A DNA stretch of 64,000 bases from Scenedesmus sp. PABB004 (Eukaryota): the NCBI GenBank assembly GCA_014905635.1, contig JABVCE010000018.1, positions 372,001 to 436,000 of the forward strand, in the 5' to 3' direction. This document shows positions 62,299 through 64,000 of this stretch, in pieces. The position numbers were made by a program, and so were the translations under genes. Positions within the stretch are counted from its first letter, which is position 1, and every line of letters begins with the position of its first letter. The notes beneath the pieces were generated by a model, which searched no databases, was not told the DNA's origin, and was given only the letters and a program-made list of their open reading frames with translations.

Positions 62299-63851
62299 GC
62301 CAGCTGCTGCTCCGGCTCACGCTGCGCCCCTTGCGCCCGCCGCTGCTGCAGCTGGGCGCCGCGGCGCCCCACGTGTCCTCGCTGACGGGCGCCGACGCGG
62401 CCGGCCCGCGCGCTGCGGGCCAGGTGTCGCCCGCTGCGGGCCAGGCGTCGTCCGCTGCGCAGGCGGCCGCCGCTGGCCGCGCCGCGGCGGCGGCGGCGGC
62501 CGCCTCGTCCTGGCGCAGCGCGTCCTGCAGCTGCTGCAGCTCAAACCGCCGCGCCGCCCGCAGCGCCGCTCGCTGCTCGTGCGGCCAGCCCTCCCGCATG
62601 GCGTCGAGCTGGCGCTGCACCGACGGCACCGCGTCGCGCAGCCACGCGAACTCCAGTGCGCCCGTCGGGCTCGGGCGCCGCGCGGGGTCGCGCTGGAGCA
62701 GCGCGCCGAGCAGCTCCGCGGCGCCGGGGTGGGCGATGTGCCGCTCGATCTCCGCGCCCCAGTCCAGCTCCGCGGCGCGCTGCAGCGCCTCGGCCGTGCG
62801 CGCCGCGCTGGCCGCCGCGCCGCGCGGCGGCACGAGCTGCCGCGGCAGCGACCCGGCGATCAGCTCGTAGAGTGTAAGCCCCAGGCCATACATGTCGACC
62901 GCGCTCGTCGTGCGCGCGGCGAGCTCGGGCAGCTCGTGCAGGCGCCACGGCGGCGGCCCCGACTCCCGCCCCTGCTCCTGCCCCGGCTCGGGCCACGGCG
63001 CGCCGCCGCCCTCCCACGGCGCGATGATGTACTCGGGTGGGATATACTGCAGGTCAAAGCCTGTCAAAAAGCCTGCGGCAGGAGGCAGCACGCGCGGCGT
63101 CGACGCGGGCGCGCCGTGCCGCGCTGCGCCGCGGGTCGGCGGCGCCGGCCCGCGCAGCGCGCCGCTTTGACTTGACTGACCCCGCCCGGGCCGCCGCCGC
63201 GCCGCACCCGCGAGGCTGCCTGCGCGCGCCATCAGCCCGCAGTCTGACAGCCACGCCCAGCCCGCGCCCTCGGGCTGCACGTCACGCACGAGCACGTTGG
63301 CGGGCTTCACGTCGCGGTGCACCAGGCCCTGCCGCGCGCCCGGCCCCGCGGCTCAGCCCGCGCCGCCCGCCCGGCGCGCGCAGCACGGCCGCGCCCTCAA
63401 AACCGAGCCGCCCGAGCCTGGCCGCCGCCGCTGCGAGGCGCCGCACCCGCTGCGCCAGCTCCGCGAGCGCGAGCGCGACGTGCACTGCGACATGCTGCGC
63501 GAGCGAGACCGCCGCGCCCAGCAGCGCCTCGCCGTCGCCGAGCTCGGCCGACAGGCGGCGCCGCCACTCGGCCGCGCTGGGGCCGGCGTGCGCGTAGACC
63601 AGCTCCGCGCCGTGCTCGTCCAGCGTGAGGCGCAGCGGGACGTTGACGTTGGGAACGTCGGCGAGGTCGAGCATCGCGCCGTACTCGCTCAGTGGCTGCT
63701 GCCGGTTGCCGGCGAACAGCACGCGGCTGCGGCGCCAGCGCTTGAGCACGCACGCGCCGTCGGGCGTCTCAACGAGCAACACGACGCTCGACCGCGTGCG
63801 CGACGCCGACAGCTCGCGCGTGCGCACGTCGCCGCCGCCGCGCGCCGCCAT
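62231..63851 (-). CDS. Atypical Ser/Thr protein kinase (about 3 exons)
   Basis: VLKR, VHRDVKPANVLV, LSDCG in place of DFG, YIPPE, DMYGLGLTLYEL, LLQRDPARRPS; no canonical Gly-rich loop. Confidence 0.8.
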
Positions 63852-64000
63852 GGCGCCGCCGCGACCGGCGCCGCCGCGACCAGCGCCGCTGCCGCTGCGA
63901 CGCGGCCCGCCGCTGCTGGCGCCGCTGCTGGCGGACCGCTGCTGCCGCTGCTGGCGCGCGCTCCCCGACCCACAGCTGCTCTGACGGGGGCTCCGCGAGG

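Noticed and set aside
1..64000. Biosynthetic or defence cluster, viral insert, or high-GC bacterial origin
   Set aside because: The genes are functionally unrelated eukaryotic genes with spliceosomal introns and similar composition; no transposase, integrase, reverse transcriptase or capsid motifs were seen.

Overview
Extremely GC-rich (by eye roughly three quarters or more), gene-dense, intron-rich eukaryotic nuclear DNA. TGTAA poly(A) signals, TTTAGGG telomere-type repeats and the gene content point to a chlorophyte green alga; Sphaeropleales-like is my inference. About 22 mostly spliced genes were reconstructed by hand: LSG1-like GTPase, secreted Ala/Ser-rich SP-repeat protein, divergent TLC/NTT nucleotide transporter, FAM32A, OST4 (38 aa, absent from the ORF track), ferroportin, receptor-like kinase, a hypothetical protein, DnaJ, CASP golgin, OPR protein, Mpv17/PMP22-like protein, M14 carboxypeptidase, SBDS, TM9SF, TRAPPC8, SEN54-like protein, SET-domain protein, SLC22-like transporter, MEI2-like protein, YbaK/ProX-like protein and an atypical kinase. 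Main observations: (1) about 20 non-canonical GC-AG introns, all with AG|GC donors; (2) a probable bicistronic OST4-FAM32A unit; (3) SBDS with an MBD-like C-terminal domain; (4) intronic telomere-like repeats, including a head-to-head junction; (5) an NTT paralog lacking conserved charged residues; (6) three single-base frameshifts in C/G runs, probably assembly errors. No CRISPR array, rRNA, tRNA or recognisable transposon was seen. All family calls come from motif recognition by eye; no searches were run. CDS coordinates span start to stop, including introns.
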